A stretch of DNA of 64,000 nt from an uncultured Candidatus Saccharibacteria bacterium (lineage in GTDB: Bacteria > Patescibacteriota > Minisyncoccia > Phycocordibacterales > UBA1006). How positions within the stretch are numbered: the first letter of the stretch is position 1; the number at the start of each line of letters is the position of its first letter. The DNA is taken from NCBI GenBank assembly GCA_964620145.1, contig CAZUGR010000001.1, positions 73-64,072 of the forward strand, given 5' to 3'. A program made the translations under genes and the position numbers. Below, in pieces: positions 7,470 through 17,060 of this stretch. The notes under the pieces are model-generated. The model searched no databases, was not told the DNA's origin, and saw nothing but the letters and a program-made list of their open reading frames with translations.

Positions 7470-10160
7470 TTACTGTAATTGTATTGAAATTTTCTTTTCA
7501 CCTCGATTAAAAATATCATCTACAGCAACTACTGTTATCTCGGCATTCCCTGCTGTTGTTATAAAATCAATTGGAGCGAATCGATATTCAATCAGTGAAT
7601 TACCTTGAATAGAACCAATAAAAATATTATTAATATAAAATTCATATTTTTGAATTGGATGTAATCCAATTGCAGAAGCATTGATAACTATTTCTTGATT
7701 AAGATTATACACATCTTGAGTATTGAAAATAGTAACTGTTGGCTGAAATTCTGGTTTATGAACATCATCGTATTCTGTAGGTTTTTCTGGTGATGTTTCT
7801 ATAAAAGGTAACCCGTTAGTAGAAATCCAATTTTGAAAAGAGGCTTCCCAATTTTTATATTGACTATCAGAAATTCCAATTCCAGATTTAGAAACGGTTG
7901 GATTATTTTTATCAATCCAATAAAGAATATTATGAGGATTCACCATTATATGTTCTTTTTTTGTTTCTTTTGGTGTATATTCTGTTGCAAGTTTTCCAGA
8001 AATACTGTCTGTAAAGAAAGATTCTCCTCCCCACCATTTCCCTCGAATAATTGACGATGTTTCATCTGATGTATCTGGATATGAACCAAAAGAACTACTT
8101 GGTATTAATTGAAGTGCAGTATTCATAACTTCACGCCATGCAGGAATAGAAATTGATGAACCTTTTTTCATTGGCTTATTATCATTATTACCCGACCAAA
8201 CACCTACTGCAATTTCTGGAGAATATCCAATAAGCCATGCATCTCGATTGTCATTAGTAGTTCCTGACTTTGCTGCGACCGAACGCCCTCCGAAATTAAG
8301 TTGAGAATTTGCACCGAATAACGGCGTTCGTGCTTCATTATCAGCTAATACAGAAGAAACCATTCTTGCAGCATCAATTGATATTACCTGTTCTCCTTGA
8401 CTTGGTTTATATTCTTCAAGAACTTTCCCATTTAAATCTTCTATTTTTAATATTCCAATAGGTGGAACTCGAACACCATCATTTGCAAATACTCCGTATA
8501 CTGACGTCATTTCTAATAATGTAGTCTCCCCACCTCCTAAAACTAACGTAAGTCCATATCGGTCAAAATTTCTATCAAGAGTAGTAATTCCTAGTTGTTT
8601 TGCTTTTTGCAAGGCATCACCAATACCAACAAGATATAATAATTGTACCGCTGGAATGTTTCGAGATTGACCGAGTGCATTCCGTAATGAAATTGGTCCA
8701 ACAAATTTCCCATCGTAATTATCTGGCGCATAACAATTACCAGTACTTTCTCGACTAAATGCACCACAAGAAGGATTAAACTGTGTTGGAACATCAAATA
8801 ATACAGTCTCTGGTCGATATCCTTTTTCAAAAGCTCTTGCATACACAATTGGTTTAAATGAAGATCCTGGCTGTCTTTTTGCAAGAGCCACATTATATTG
8901 CCCATCAATTTCTGTATCAGAATAATCTCGAGAACCAACCATTGATAGAATTTGTCCTGTTTTTGGATCAATTGCAACTAATGCACTATTACTTGCATTG
9001 TATGTTTCTTGGTTTTTTAATGCATTTTCTTTGATTGTTTTTTCTGCTACTTCTTGAATCTTCCAATCAAGTGTTGTTGTAACCTTGAGACCTTCGGTGA
9101 GTAGCATTTCTTTACCATATGTTTCCTCTAGATAACTTCTAATATAATCCACAAAATGGAGAGCTTTTCCTTCATTATCTGATTTTGGCTTAAATTTCAC
9201 TTCTTCTGATTTTGCAGATTCAAATTGTTCTGAAGTAATATAATTTTGTTCTGACATCATTTTTAAAACAAGATTTTTTCTCTGATCTAATTTATCTTTA
9301 TTTTTTCCATAAGGAGAATAATAAGTTGGAGCATTTGGAATTGCTGCAAGATAGGCCGCCTCTGCAATAGTTACATCACTACTTGATTTTCCAAAGAAAA
9401 TTCTTGCTGCTTCCTCGATTCCATAAATTGAACCACCGTAAGGTGCTTCGTTCAAATAAAGAGCAAGGATTTGTTCTTTATCCATTGTTTTTTCAAGTTT
9501 TAATGCAAGAATCCATTCTTTTATTTTCCGTGAGATCCTTTTTTCTGAATTTAATAAAGTATTTTTAATTACCTGCTGAGTAATCGTTGAGCCACCACTT
9601 TGATTTACAAATCTGCTTGGTAAAAATTGAGAAAGAGCTCCTCGTAATGTTGAAGAAAATTTAATCCCATAATGATTATAAAAATCTTTATCTTCGATTG
9701 CAATTACTGCTTGTTTAATTATCAAACTAATATTTTCAGACGGAACTACAGTACGTTTTACATTCTCATGGACATCATAGAGGACAATTTCTCCTGTTCT
9801 ATCCATAATTTTTGTAGAGCTAATTACTTTTCGTTCAGTAAAATTATCAAGTGTTGGTAATTTTAATGTTGCAATCCAAATAAAAAATAATCCGAATAAA
9901 ATAATTCCTAATGTTGCACCTATAATAATTACTAACTGCACGTGATGTTTTATCCAATCAATAAATCTTCCCCATGTTGTTTTTGCCCGTTTTACTGTTT
10001 TTTTGATTTGAGGAGTATATCGAAAAGTGTCACCTGGTGCTGCGTTATAGAGTCCAGATTTTGGTCTTTTTTGTGGTTGTTGTGTATGAATATGAGTGAT
10101 TTTTTTAGGTTCACGATTTATACTAAAAAGTCCTTTTTTTGGGTTTTTTTCTGGTTTCAT
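7470..10160 (-). CDS. Class A penicillin-binding protein (transglycosylase + transpeptidase) with an Ig-like C-terminal extension
   Basis: 896 aa. GT51 motifs AIEDKDFYNHYG and RKIKEW. Transpeptidase motifs SSFKP, SRN, KSGTT. N-terminal TM anchor. Confidence 0.9.
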   Translation of the reverse strand: MKPEKNPKKGLFSINREPKKITHIHTQQPQKRPKSGLYNAAPGDTFRYTPQIKKTVKRAKTTWGRFIDWIKHHVQLVIIIGATLGIILFGLFFIWIATLKLPTLDNFTERKVISSTKIMDRTGEIVLYDVHENVKRTVVPSENISLIIKQAVIAIEDKDFYNHYGIKFSSTLRGALSQFLPSRFVNQSGGSTITQQVIKNTLLNSEKRISRKIKEWILALKLEKTMDKEQILALYLNEAPYGGSIYGIEEAARIFFGKSSSDVTIAEAAYLAAIPNAPTYYSPYGKNKDKLDQRKNLVLKMMSEQNYITSEQFESAKSEEVKFKPKSDNEGKALHFVDYIRSYLEETYGKEMLLTEGLKVTTTLDWKIQEVAEKTIKENALKNQETYNASNSALVAIDPKTGQILSMVGSRDYSDTEIDGQYNVALAKRQPGSSFKPIVYARAFEKGYRPETVLFDVPTQFNPSCGAFSRESTGNCYAPDNYDGKFVGPISLRNALGQSRNIPAVQLLYLVGIGDALQKAKQLGITTLDRNFDRYGLTLVLGGGETTLLEMTSVYGVFANDGVRVPPIGILKIEDLNGKVLEEYKPSQGEQVISIDAARMVSSVLADNEARTPLFGANSQLNFGGRSVAAKSGTTNDNRDAWLIGYSPEIAVGVWSGNNDNKPMKKGSSISIPAWREVMNTALQLIPSSSFGSYPDTSDETSSIIRGKWWGGESFFTDSISGKLATEYTPKETKKEHIMVNPHNILYWIDKNNPTVSKSGIGISDSQYKNWEASFQNWISTNGLPFIETSPEKPTEYDDVHKPEFQPTVTIFNTQDVYNLNQEIVINASAIGLHPIQKYEFYINNIFIGSIQGNSLIEYRFAPIDFITTAGNAEITVVAVDDIFNRGEKKISIQLQ

Positions 10161-10236
10161 ATTATATCTAGTGTATCGTATTTTTTCATTTTTACAAAAA
10201 ACTGTTTTTCTGCTAATGTGTCGATATATGATTAAT

Positions 10237-11436
10237 ATGAGTCCAGAAAAAATTCATAACTTTCTTAATCGTGGAGTAGAAAAAATTCTCCCAAGTAAAG
10301 AATTTGTTCAAAAACAATTAGAACAAGGACAACAGTTGCGTATTTATTACGGAATTGACCCAACAGGTCCAAGTCTCCATATCGGACATGCAATCGTAAT
10401 TAAAAAAATCGCAGAATTACAACAAATGGGACACAAGGTAATTTTCTTGATTGGAGACTTTACTGCTCGTATTGGAGATCCAACCGATAAATCTGCAACA
10501 CGTAAAACATTAACAAACGAAGAAATTTCAGAAAACTTGAAAAATTATAAAAAACAAGCTTCTAAAATTATTTCCTTTGAAGGAGAAAATCCAGCAGAAA
10601 TTGTATTTAATAATGACTGGCTTGGAAAAATGAGTTTTGCAGATGTACTTGAATTATGTTCAAAAGCAACGATTCAACAACTTCTTGAACGAGATATGTT
10701 TCAAACTCGAATCAAAGAAGGAAAACCAGTCTATGTACACGAAGCTTTATATCCATTAATGCAAGGATATGACAGTGTTGCCCTCATGATTGATGGAGAA
10801 ATTGGTGGAAATGACCAATTATTCAATATGTTAATGGGACGAGAACTCCTCAAAGAACACGGAAAAGAAAAATTTGTAATGACCGTAAAACTCCTTGCTG
10901 ATGCAAACGGTAAAAAAATGGGTAAATCAGAAGATAATATGATTACCCTGGATGATTCTGCAGATGACATGTTTGGAAAAATAATGTCATGGACTGATGG
11001 AATGATTATTGGAGGTTTTGAATTATGTACTGACATTCCTACACAACAAATCCTTGAAATAGAACTTTCTATTCAAAACGGAGACAATCCAATGCAATTC
11101 AAAAAACAATTAGCACGAGAAATTATTACACTCTATCACAGTGAAGATCAAGCAATTGATGCACAAAATAACTGGGAACAAACATTTTCCGAAGGAGGAA
11201 TTCCTGAAACTATCCCGGAAATTCAAGGAGAATCTAATCAATTGCTTTCAGAATTATTGGTAGAACATAATTTTATCGGATCAAAAGCAGAATTCAGACG
11301 ATTAACTGATGAAGGTGGAGTAAAAATTATTTCAGATAATTTATCTGAAGAAAAAATTACTGATTTTCAATATAAAATTTCTGAAACCATTATTGTAAAA
11401 ATTGGAAAAAAGAAGTTTGTGAAGGTGAATGTATAA
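10237..11436 (+). CDS. tyrS: Tyrosyl-tRNA synthetase
   Basis: Starts at ATG 10237 (MSPEKIHNFL). HIGH motif (SLHIGHAIV), KMGKS motif, C-terminal S4-like domain (FRRLTDEGGVKI). The listed 10096 start overlaps the PBP gene and is rejected. Confidence 0.9.
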   Translation: MSPEKIHNFLNRGVEKILPSKEFVQKQLEQGQQLRIYYGIDPTGPSLHIGHAIVIKKIAELQQMGHKVIFLIGDFTARIGDPTDKSATRKTLTNEEISENLKNYKKQASKIISFEGENPAEIVFNNDWLGKMSFADVLELCSKATIQQLLERDMFQTRIKEGKPVYVHEALYPLMQGYDSVALMIDGEIGGNDQLFNMLMGRELLKEHGKEKFVMTVKLLADANGKKMGKSEDNMITLDDSADDMFGKIMSWTDGMIIGGFELCTDIPTQQILEIELSIQNGDNPMQFKKQLAREIITLYHSEDQAIDAQNNWEQTFSEGGIPETIPEIQGESNQLLSELLVEHNFIGSKAEFRRLTDEGGVKIISDNLSEEKITDFQYKISETIIVKIGKKKFVKVNV

Positions 11437-11440
11437 CATA

Positions 11441-11464
11441 AAAACCACTTTTCAGTGGTTTTTA
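11441..11464. terminator. Intrinsic terminator after tyrS
   Basis: AAAACCACT-tttc-AGTGGTTTTT. Confidence 0.65.
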
Positions 11465-11466
11465 TA

Positions 11467-12027
11467 TTACTCACAAATATTACTTTTCTTTTCTTGGTAA
11501 TGCTTTATTAAAGTGTCAATAAGTTTTTTATAGTCATCTCCAAAAATTACCTCATTGTTTGGAAATTCTTTTTGAGCAACACGAACGATTGTTTTCAATT
11601 CATCAGTAATTCCGCCTGTTCCCTCAATAACTGCAAGAGGAAGACCTTCTTCAATTGCAATACCAAATTCTGATAATGTTCCAATACGACCATTCAATAC
11701 AATTGCCGCATCAACATTCTTAATCATCTCGAGTGAACGAGCCGTAAAACCAGAAATAAAGTGTGCTGTAGAATAAAATTGAATATCATGTGTATTTTCC
11801 TCGTGCTGTCGATCAAAATATTCATTCTGGTCTTGATGAGGAAAATATCCGATAGTTTTCGTTTTGTTTGCAAAAGCAGATTCAATACATAATGCAGGAA
11901 TACCACTACAACCACCCGTTACAACCGTAATGTCTTTTTCTGCAAGATATACACCAATACTTTTTGCGAGTTTTTGATTTTCTTGAGTCACCTGTGGTAA
12001 CCAAGAACTAAAAATAGCAATTTTCAT
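11467..12027 (-). CDS. SLOG/LOG-like (TIGR00725-type) Rossmann-fold nucleotide-binding protein
   Basis: 186 aa from the ATG at 12027 (MKIAIFSS...). VVTGGCSGIP and LNGRIGTLSEF resemble the LOG/DprA-like SLOG fold. Confidence 0.55.
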   Translation of the reverse strand: MKIAIFSSWLPQVTQENQKLAKSIGVYLAEKDITVVTGGCSGIPALCIESAFANKTKTIGYFPHQDQNEYFDRQHEENTHDIQFYSTAHFISGFTARSLEMIKNVDAAIVLNGRIGTLSEFGIAIEEGLPLAVIEGTGGITDELKTIVRVAQKEFPNNEVIFGDDYKKLIDTLIKHYQEKKSNICE

Positions 12028-12040
12028 ATTTTTTATATTA

Positions 12041-12757
12041 TTATTTTTTACGAGCAATAATAATGAAATAAGTTGGATAAATTTTATTATCAATTTGTTC
12101 ACTTGCTAGAAAATCAGTTCCCTCTTGATAAGACAATAATTCAAATTGATTTAAAAAATCTTGATTAAAATATTCTCCAATAGTATGCGACGGTTCTTTT
12201 AAAATAATTTTTCCACCATAAATATTTGAGGTAACAATTTTTTGTTCATAATAGTCAGAATTATTTCCATAATCTCGATTCTTTTCCATCCATTGCATCC
12301 ATGGATGTTTTGAAAGTAAAATAAATATTCCATCTTTTTTCAAAACTCGTGCAATTTCGTTAAGTGATTTTGGAACATCCGGAGAAGTTTACAATGCTCA
12401 TTTTGAAACAATCACATCAAACATTTCATCTTCAAAAGGAATATTTTCTGCAACTCCTTGTTTAATAATTCCAGTTGGGTTATTTTTCTTTGCTGAATCA
12501 ATAAATTCTTGACTTGGCTCTACTCCATATACTATCGCACCTTGTTTTTCAAAATTTGCAAGATCAATACCATCTCCACACCCAACATCTAATAATTTTT
12601 TATCTACCAAAGAAAAATTGATAGTTTTATAAAAAAGTTCATTACTTTTTTCGTCATAATTAATATTATCCGAATAAACATTTGAAAAATCATTATATTG
12701 ATTTTGGATTTTTTTATTTATCATAATACCCCTATTATATCGTAATAATATTGACAT
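12041..12757 (-). pseudogene. Class I SAM-dependent methyltransferase interrupted by two in-frame stops (TGA at 12398-12400, TAA at 12389-12391)
   Basis: ORFs 12398..12757 and 12041..12343 share one frame. The sequence reads ...LLDVGCGDGID...FDVIVSK-TGA-AL-TAA-TSPDVPKSLNEIARVLKKDGIFIL.... Motif I lies upstream of the stops and the post-II/III region downstream. Confidence 0.7.
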
Positions 12758-12834
12758 TTCAAAAATAAATTGTAATTATATATAATTTTAAAAAAATATT
12801 TTAAAAATTAATAAAAATGAAGTAAAATAAGGAT

Positions 12835-13662
12835 ATGTTATTCTCGAAAAAACTCAATATTTCTGACAGTATTATAAAAATACTTATTCAATCAGAAAAA
12901 ACCGCAAAACAATTACTTTCTAGTATAATTAACAAACACGGAAACTATACCATTCAGGCATTATATGTAGTTTTACGCGACCTTATTCATCAAGAAGTTA
13001 TTTTTAAGCGCGGAACAAAATATTTTCTTAATAAAGAATGGCAACAAAAAGTAATTCAAGAGCTTACCCAAGAAAAACCTATTGAAATATCAGAAGGGGA
13101 ACAGTATATATTTATCCTTCAATCCTTGTATCATCATGATATTCAATGGAAAAATATTGTTTTACCACTCCATGAAAAATATCAATTAGATCCGATATTC
13201 TTTTATAATTATCATTATATTTGGATACACTTAAACGAGACTCGGAGAAAATCAGAAATTGAATACTATCAATCATTTACTCGTGAGAAAAGATTTGCAT
13301 TTTCATTAATTGGATCAAATTCTCCTTTAGAAATCGAAACAAAAAGAATGATTGAAAGTGAATATGTGCGTATTTATATTGATAATTTTCCCCTTAAACA
13401 ATCTGGATACATAACCATATTAAACGATTATATTATTACCACATACCTTTCTAAAAAAACTGTTCAGGAAATAGAGGAATGTTATCGTACTGCAAAAAAT
13501 CTTGATGATCTGTCAGAAAAAATACAACAAATTGATTTTCAAACTAAAAAAGTAAAACTTATCGTTGAACGAAATCGTGAAAAAGCAAAGAAAATACGTA
13601 AAAAAATCTCGAAAGACTTTTATATTTCAAGAGAGTTACGAGAAAAATTTGATTTGTTTTAA
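12835..13662 (+). CDS. Hypothetical protein with a possible N-terminal winged-helix domain
   Basis: 275 aa, long intact ORF with its own terminator. The N-terminal ~65 aa (KTAKQLLSSI...YTIQALYVVLRDLIHQEVIFKRG) look wHTH-like. No further recognition. Confidence 0.45.
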   Translation: MLFSKKLNISDSIIKILIQSEKTAKQLLSSIINKHGNYTIQALYVVLRDLIHQEVIFKRGTKYFLNKEWQQKVIQELTQEKPIEISEGEQYIFILQSLYHHDIQWKNIVLPLHEKYQLDPIFFYNYHYIWIHLNETRRKSEIEYYQSFTREKRFAFSLIGSNSPLEIETKRMIESEYVRIYIDNFPLKQSGYITILNDYIITTYLSKKTVQEIEECYRTAKNLDDLSEKIQQIDFQTKKVKLIVERNREKAKKIRKKISKDFYISRELREKFDLF

Positions 13663-13665
13663 TTT

Positions 13666-13689
13666 AAAAACCACTGAGAAGTGGTTTTT
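13666..13689. terminator. Bidirectional intrinsic terminator
   Basis: AAAAACCAC-tgagaa-GTGGTTTTT. Confidence 0.65.
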
Positions 13690-13696
13690 ATTTTAT

Positions 13697-13963
13697 TTAT
13701 CGTATTGTTTTAATAATTACTGATATTTCTTTTTCTTGTAAATATTCATTTAATTCTTGTTTACAGTTTTCTTGTAATTGAATGAATTTTGCACGAATTA
13801 CTGGTGAAATTACTAATGAAACAGAATTTTTGTTCACTTGAATAGTATTCCGATCTATTTCAATTTTCATTTTTTCTTTAAAATATTGCACAAGAAAATT
13901 TCTAATAACTGTTTCAGATGGAAGATTTTGTAAAAGTGATTGAATTTGAAATGAAAATTGCAT
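13697..13963 (-). CDS. Small protein directly downstream of dnaN, possibly DUF721/DciA-like
   Basis: 88 aa, 6 nt after the dnaN stop. Size, position and the pattern ...VNKNSVSLVISPVIRAKFIQLQEN... resemble DUF721 proteins. Recognition is weak. Confidence 0.4.
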   Translation of the reverse strand: MQFSFQIQSLLQNLPSETVIRNFLVQYFKEKMKIEIDRNTIQVNKNSVSLVISPVIRAKFIQLQENCKQELNEYLQEKEISVIIKTIR

Positions 13964-13969
13964 ATATAA

Positions 13970-15079
13970 TTAACTACGATTCATTGGCATTACCAAATAG
14001 AGAAATGTATCATCGTGCTGTCCTTTAATAATTAAAGGTTTTCTTACCTCAGACCATTCAAAATAAAGAGAGTCACTTGAAATAGTAGTAATACCATCCT
14101 GAATATATTTTGCATTGAGACCAATTTCAATTGGGTCACCCTGTATAACAGCATCAATTGTTGTAGTAATCTCTCCTACACCACTATTTTCTGCGTGAAA
14201 AAGCACTGTTTTTTGATCTGTGTCCACAACAATATTAATATGATGATAATGATTTGAAAACAATGGTAATGTTCGCAAAGATTGAGTTAAATCATTACGA
14301 AGCATAATAACTTGCGTTGTATGATTAGTAGGAATAATTTTTGTATAATCTGGAAAATTTCCATGAGTTAATTGTGCAGTAATGAAAATATTCTGTGTTT
14401 CAATATAAATCTGATGTTCATTTATTGTTAATTGTAACTCTTCAGAAGATTCACCTATTATTTTTAAGATATTTTGAGCATTCTTTATTGGAAGTAAAAA
14501 AGAGTTAACTTTTTCTGCATTTTTGAAAGAAATCTTCTTTTCTGCAAGACGGAAAGCGTCTGTAGCTACAAAAAAAAGTTCTTTTTCTTTACCGTAAATA
14601 TAAATACTCGAAAGTTCTGGTTTTATTTCACTATTTGAACCTGCGAACATTACAGACTTTATTCCTGTTACAAAATCTTGAATAGGGATAATTAATTCTG
14701 ATTCTATTTCAGGTTTTTTAGGTAATTCTGGAAAATCTTCATAAGGAAGTGTTTTTAATTTTGTCTTTATTTTTTTGGACTGAATATGAAAAACTTCTCC
14801 ATCTGTATTACAGGTAATTGTTTCTGATTCATTAATACTTGAAAGAACTTGAGCAAAATAATTTCCTGGTAATGCGCAAATACCAGCTTCTTCTACTTTT
14901 GCAGAGATGGTAATCTCGACACCTGTATGAAGATTTGTTGCACGAAAAGTTACTTTTCCGTCAGTTGAAGCAATACATAGTATACAAGAAAGAACAGGGA
15001 GCGTTGGATGTTTCCCAGTAATTTTCTCTGTTCGAGTTACTGCAGAAACTATTTTTTCATGAGAGCATTCAAATTTCAT
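13970..15079 (-). CDS. dnaN: DNA polymerase III beta sliding clamp
   Basis: 369 aa with three-domain clamp length. MKFECSHEKIVSAV...PTLPVLSCILC... and LVMPMN near the C-terminus. Located immediately downstream of dnaA. Confidence 0.9.
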   Translation of the reverse strand: MKFECSHEKIVSAVTRTEKITGKHPTLPVLSCILCIASTDGKVTFRATNLHTGVEITISAKVEEAGICALPGNYFAQVLSSINESETITCNTDGEVFHIQSKKIKTKLKTLPYEDFPELPKKPEIESELIIPIQDFVTGIKSVMFAGSNSEIKPELSSIYIYGKEKELFFVATDAFRLAEKKISFKNAEKVNSFLLPIKNAQNILKIIGESSEELQLTINEHQIYIETQNIFITAQLTHGNFPDYTKIIPTNHTTQVIMLRNDLTQSLRTLPLFSNHYHHINIVVDTDQKTVLFHAENSGVGEITTTIDAVIQGDPIEIGLNAKYIQDGITTISSDSLYFEWSEVRKPLIIKGQHDDTFLYLVMPMNRS

Positions 15080-15316
15080 AGAAGTTGTTTTTTAAATTTA
15101 TAAATTAATACATTATTATAATTATTATACCTGTGGATTCTGTGGATTTCTTTTTAGGTATTATTTTAAATATATTTTTTCTAAAAAAGATATGGGGAAA
15201 AGGAAGAGTTTTAAAGAGAATAACTTTTTGTAAAAGTTAAGAAAAAAGTTATAAACAAATTATTCAGATTAATTATACAGAGTTCTTGAGAAGTTATTCA
15301 CAAGATTATCTACAGA
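15080..15316. other. Putative oriC segment (dnaA-dnaN intergenic): AT-rich unwinding-type tract plus DnaA-box variants
   Basis: TGTGGATTC (15133-15141), TGTGGATTT (15141-15149), TTATTCACA (15294-15302), TTATCTACA (15306-15314). Very AT-rich run at 15085-15130. Confidence 0.5.
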
Positions 15317-16672
15317 TTAAGTTTGGAGCATAGCACGAATCTGTTCAACATCATGAACAAGTGAAGGATTTTCTTCGAGTTCTTTGGTAATTTTTTCATA
15401 TGAATGCATTACTGTAGTATGATCTCGCCCACCAAGTTTTTTTCCAATATGAGGAAATGAAATAGTGTAATCTTCTCGCAGGATATACATGGCAACTTGT
15501 CGTGCTTCAACAATCTCTTTTCGTCTATTTTTATCATACATAAGCTTTTCTTCGATATTATAGAAATGTGCTATCACTTTAACAATTTCTTCTAAGGAAA
15601 TATTTTTCTTTGGTTTTATATTGTCTTTTATCATTAATTTAATCTCTTGAAGATTAAGTTCTCGTTTCCTGAGTTCCATTTGCATTATTAATGTATTAAT
15701 AATTCCTTCAAGTTCTCGAACATTTCCTTCAACATGACTTGCAATGTAATCAAGTGATTCATCAGAAAGGTTGAAATTATGATATTCAAGTTTTGATCGA
15801 AGGATAGCAATACGAGATTCATATCCAGGACGAGCAACATCAATGATCATTCCAGCAGAAAACCTTGATTTTAAACGCTCTTCAAGACCTATAATGTAAT
15901 TTGGATGTTTGTCTGATGAAAAAATTAATTGTCGATTCCGATCATGTAATATATTGAATAAATGAAATAATTCTTCTTGAATACTTTCTTTTCCAGTGTT
16001 AAAGAATTGAATATCATCCATAATAAGTACATCACAATTACGATATTTTTCTTTAAATTGATTAATATGCTTATTTTGTAATGCTGAAACATAATCCATA
16101 AGGAATTTTTCAGAAGTTACATAATAAATATTTAAACCAGGATTTTTTTCAAATAACGCATTCCCAGTTGCTTGAATAAGGTGAGTTTTTCCAATACCTG
16201 TTGATCCATAAATAAATAATGGATTGAATGAACCAGGGTTTTTTATAACTGCTTGAGAGGCAGAATAAGCAACTTCATTAAAGGGTCCAATAATAAGGTT
16301 ATCAAAGGTATATTTTGGATTTAAGTTATTTTTCTTTGGAATCATGTGATCCAAAGGAAGTTCAGAAATAATTGGTTTTTCTTGGAGGGGTTCTGATTTT
16401 GGAGGAATTACTTGTTTTATTGGCTTTTTTGCAGTAATAAACTCTATAGAACGAATATCATCCCAATGATTACGAATAGTTTTGAGAACTTCACGGCTAA
16501 ATTTACTTGTAAGCCACTCTTTAATGAAATCATTCGGTACACCAACAAAAAACACACCATCTTCTTCTTTGATTGCGTAGGTATTCTTGAACCATGTCGT
16601 AAAGTTAGCTTTTGAAACAGAGATTTCTATTTCTGCAAGTACAGTATCCCAGAGATTGTGTATATCACGCAT
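15317..16672 (-). CDS. dnaA: Chromosomal replication initiator DnaA
   Basis: 451 aa. Walker A GSTGIGKTH, box VII, and the C-terminal DNA-binding signature SFPHIGKKLGGRDHTTVMHSYEKI. Confidence 0.95.
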   Translation of the reverse strand: MRDIHNLWDTVLAEIEISVSKANFTTWFKNTYAIKEEDGVFFVGVPNDFIKEWLTSKFSREVLKTIRNHWDDIRSIEFITAKKPIKQVIPPKSEPLQEKPIISELPLDHMIPKKNNLNPKYTFDNLIIGPFNEVAYSASQAVIKNPGSFNPLFIYGSTGIGKTHLIQATGNALFEKNPGLNIYYVTSEKFLMDYVSALQNKHINQFKEKYRNCDVLIMDDIQFFNTGKESIQEELFHLFNILHDRNRQLIFSSDKHPNYIIGLEERLKSRFSAGMIIDVARPGYESRIAILRSKLEYHNFNLSDESLDYIASHVEGNVRELEGIINTLIMQMELRKRELNLQEIKLMIKDNIKPKKNISLEEIVKVIAHFYNIEEKLMYDKNRRKEIVEARQVAMYILREDYTISFPHIGKKLGGRDHTTVMHSYEKITKELEENPSLVHDVEQIRAMLQT

Positions 16673-16762
16673 AAGTCTCGTAAATTAAAACAGATTAATA
16701 AAAGTAAATATAGTATACCCTCTTTTCTAATACTTGGGAAACGTATAAAACCGTGTTTTCTA

Positions 16763-16791
16763 TGTGGATAACCTGTTGAAAAAGTGGATAA
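16763..16791. promoter_or_regulatory. Two DnaA boxes in the dnaA-rpmH intergenic region
   Basis: TGTGGATAA (16763-16771, perfect reverse-strand box) and AGTGGATAA (16783-16791, one mismatch). Confidence 0.6.
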
Positions 16792-16833
16792 CTATTAAAG
16801 ACAGATAGAATATCAGTTTTTAGATTAAAGGTA

Positions 16834-16861
16834 TTGCATAATCCTTGATTATGTGTATAAT
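16834..16861 (+). promoter_or_regulatory. rpmH promoter TTGCAT-16-TATAAT
   Basis: TTGCAT at 16834-16839, TATAAT at 16856-16861. The ATG at 16872 is only 10 nt beyond the -10 element, implying a near-leaderless mRNA. Confidence 0.5.
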
Positions 16862-16871
16862 TGAGGTATCT

Positions 16872-17006
16872 ATGTCAATCACTTACCAACCAAAGGTTAA
16901 AAAACGAAAAACAACACACGGTTTTCTTGTTCGTCAATCAACAACAAGTGGTAAAAATATTATCCGTAATCGACGCCGAAAAGGACGTGCAAAACTTGCA
17001 GTGTAA
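16872..17006 (+). CDS. rpmH: 50S ribosomal protein L34
   Basis: 44 aa, below the ORF-track cutoff: [44 protein letters not shown]. Classic L34 sequence in the canonical position upstream of rnpA. Confidence 0.9.
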   Translation: MSITYQPKVKKRKTTHGFLVRQSTTSGKNIIRNRRRKGRAKLAV

Positions 17007-17060
17007 TATAATTCCTAAAAAGACTTGATTTTTCAAGTCTTTTTGTTTTACAATATCTAT

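Noticed and set aside
10096-10236. Long N-terminal extension of tyrS overlapping the PBP gene start
   Set aside because: The hydrophobic, nonsense-looking peptide is antisense to the PBP 5' end. The canonical TyrRS N-terminus starts at the ATG at 10237.
10161-10236. T-box riboswitch upstream of tyrS
   Set aside because: Only about 76 nt of spacer is available, far too short for a T-box leader, and no specifier or T-box sequence is visible.
12386-12400. Alternative genetic code (TGA as Trp/Gly, or TAA readthrough) as the explanation for the in-frame stops in the methyltransferase, xth and virB4
   Set aside because: Long conserved genes (polA 821 aa, PBP 896 aa, pyrG, dnaA, the 1078- and 979-aa ORFs) contain no in-frame TGA or TAA. 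TAA terminates nearly every gene I checked, and TGA ends at least two ORFs (46036-46038, 49571-49573). Isolated nonsense mutations or consensus errors fit better.
11441-13689. Terminators sharing the stem AAAACCAC...GTGGTTTT (11441, 13666; a related one near 21446), considered as a REP/MITE-like repeat family
   Set aside because: Only the short stem is shared, loops and flanks differ, and each sits exactly at a gene end. They are ordinary intrinsic terminators with convergent sequence.
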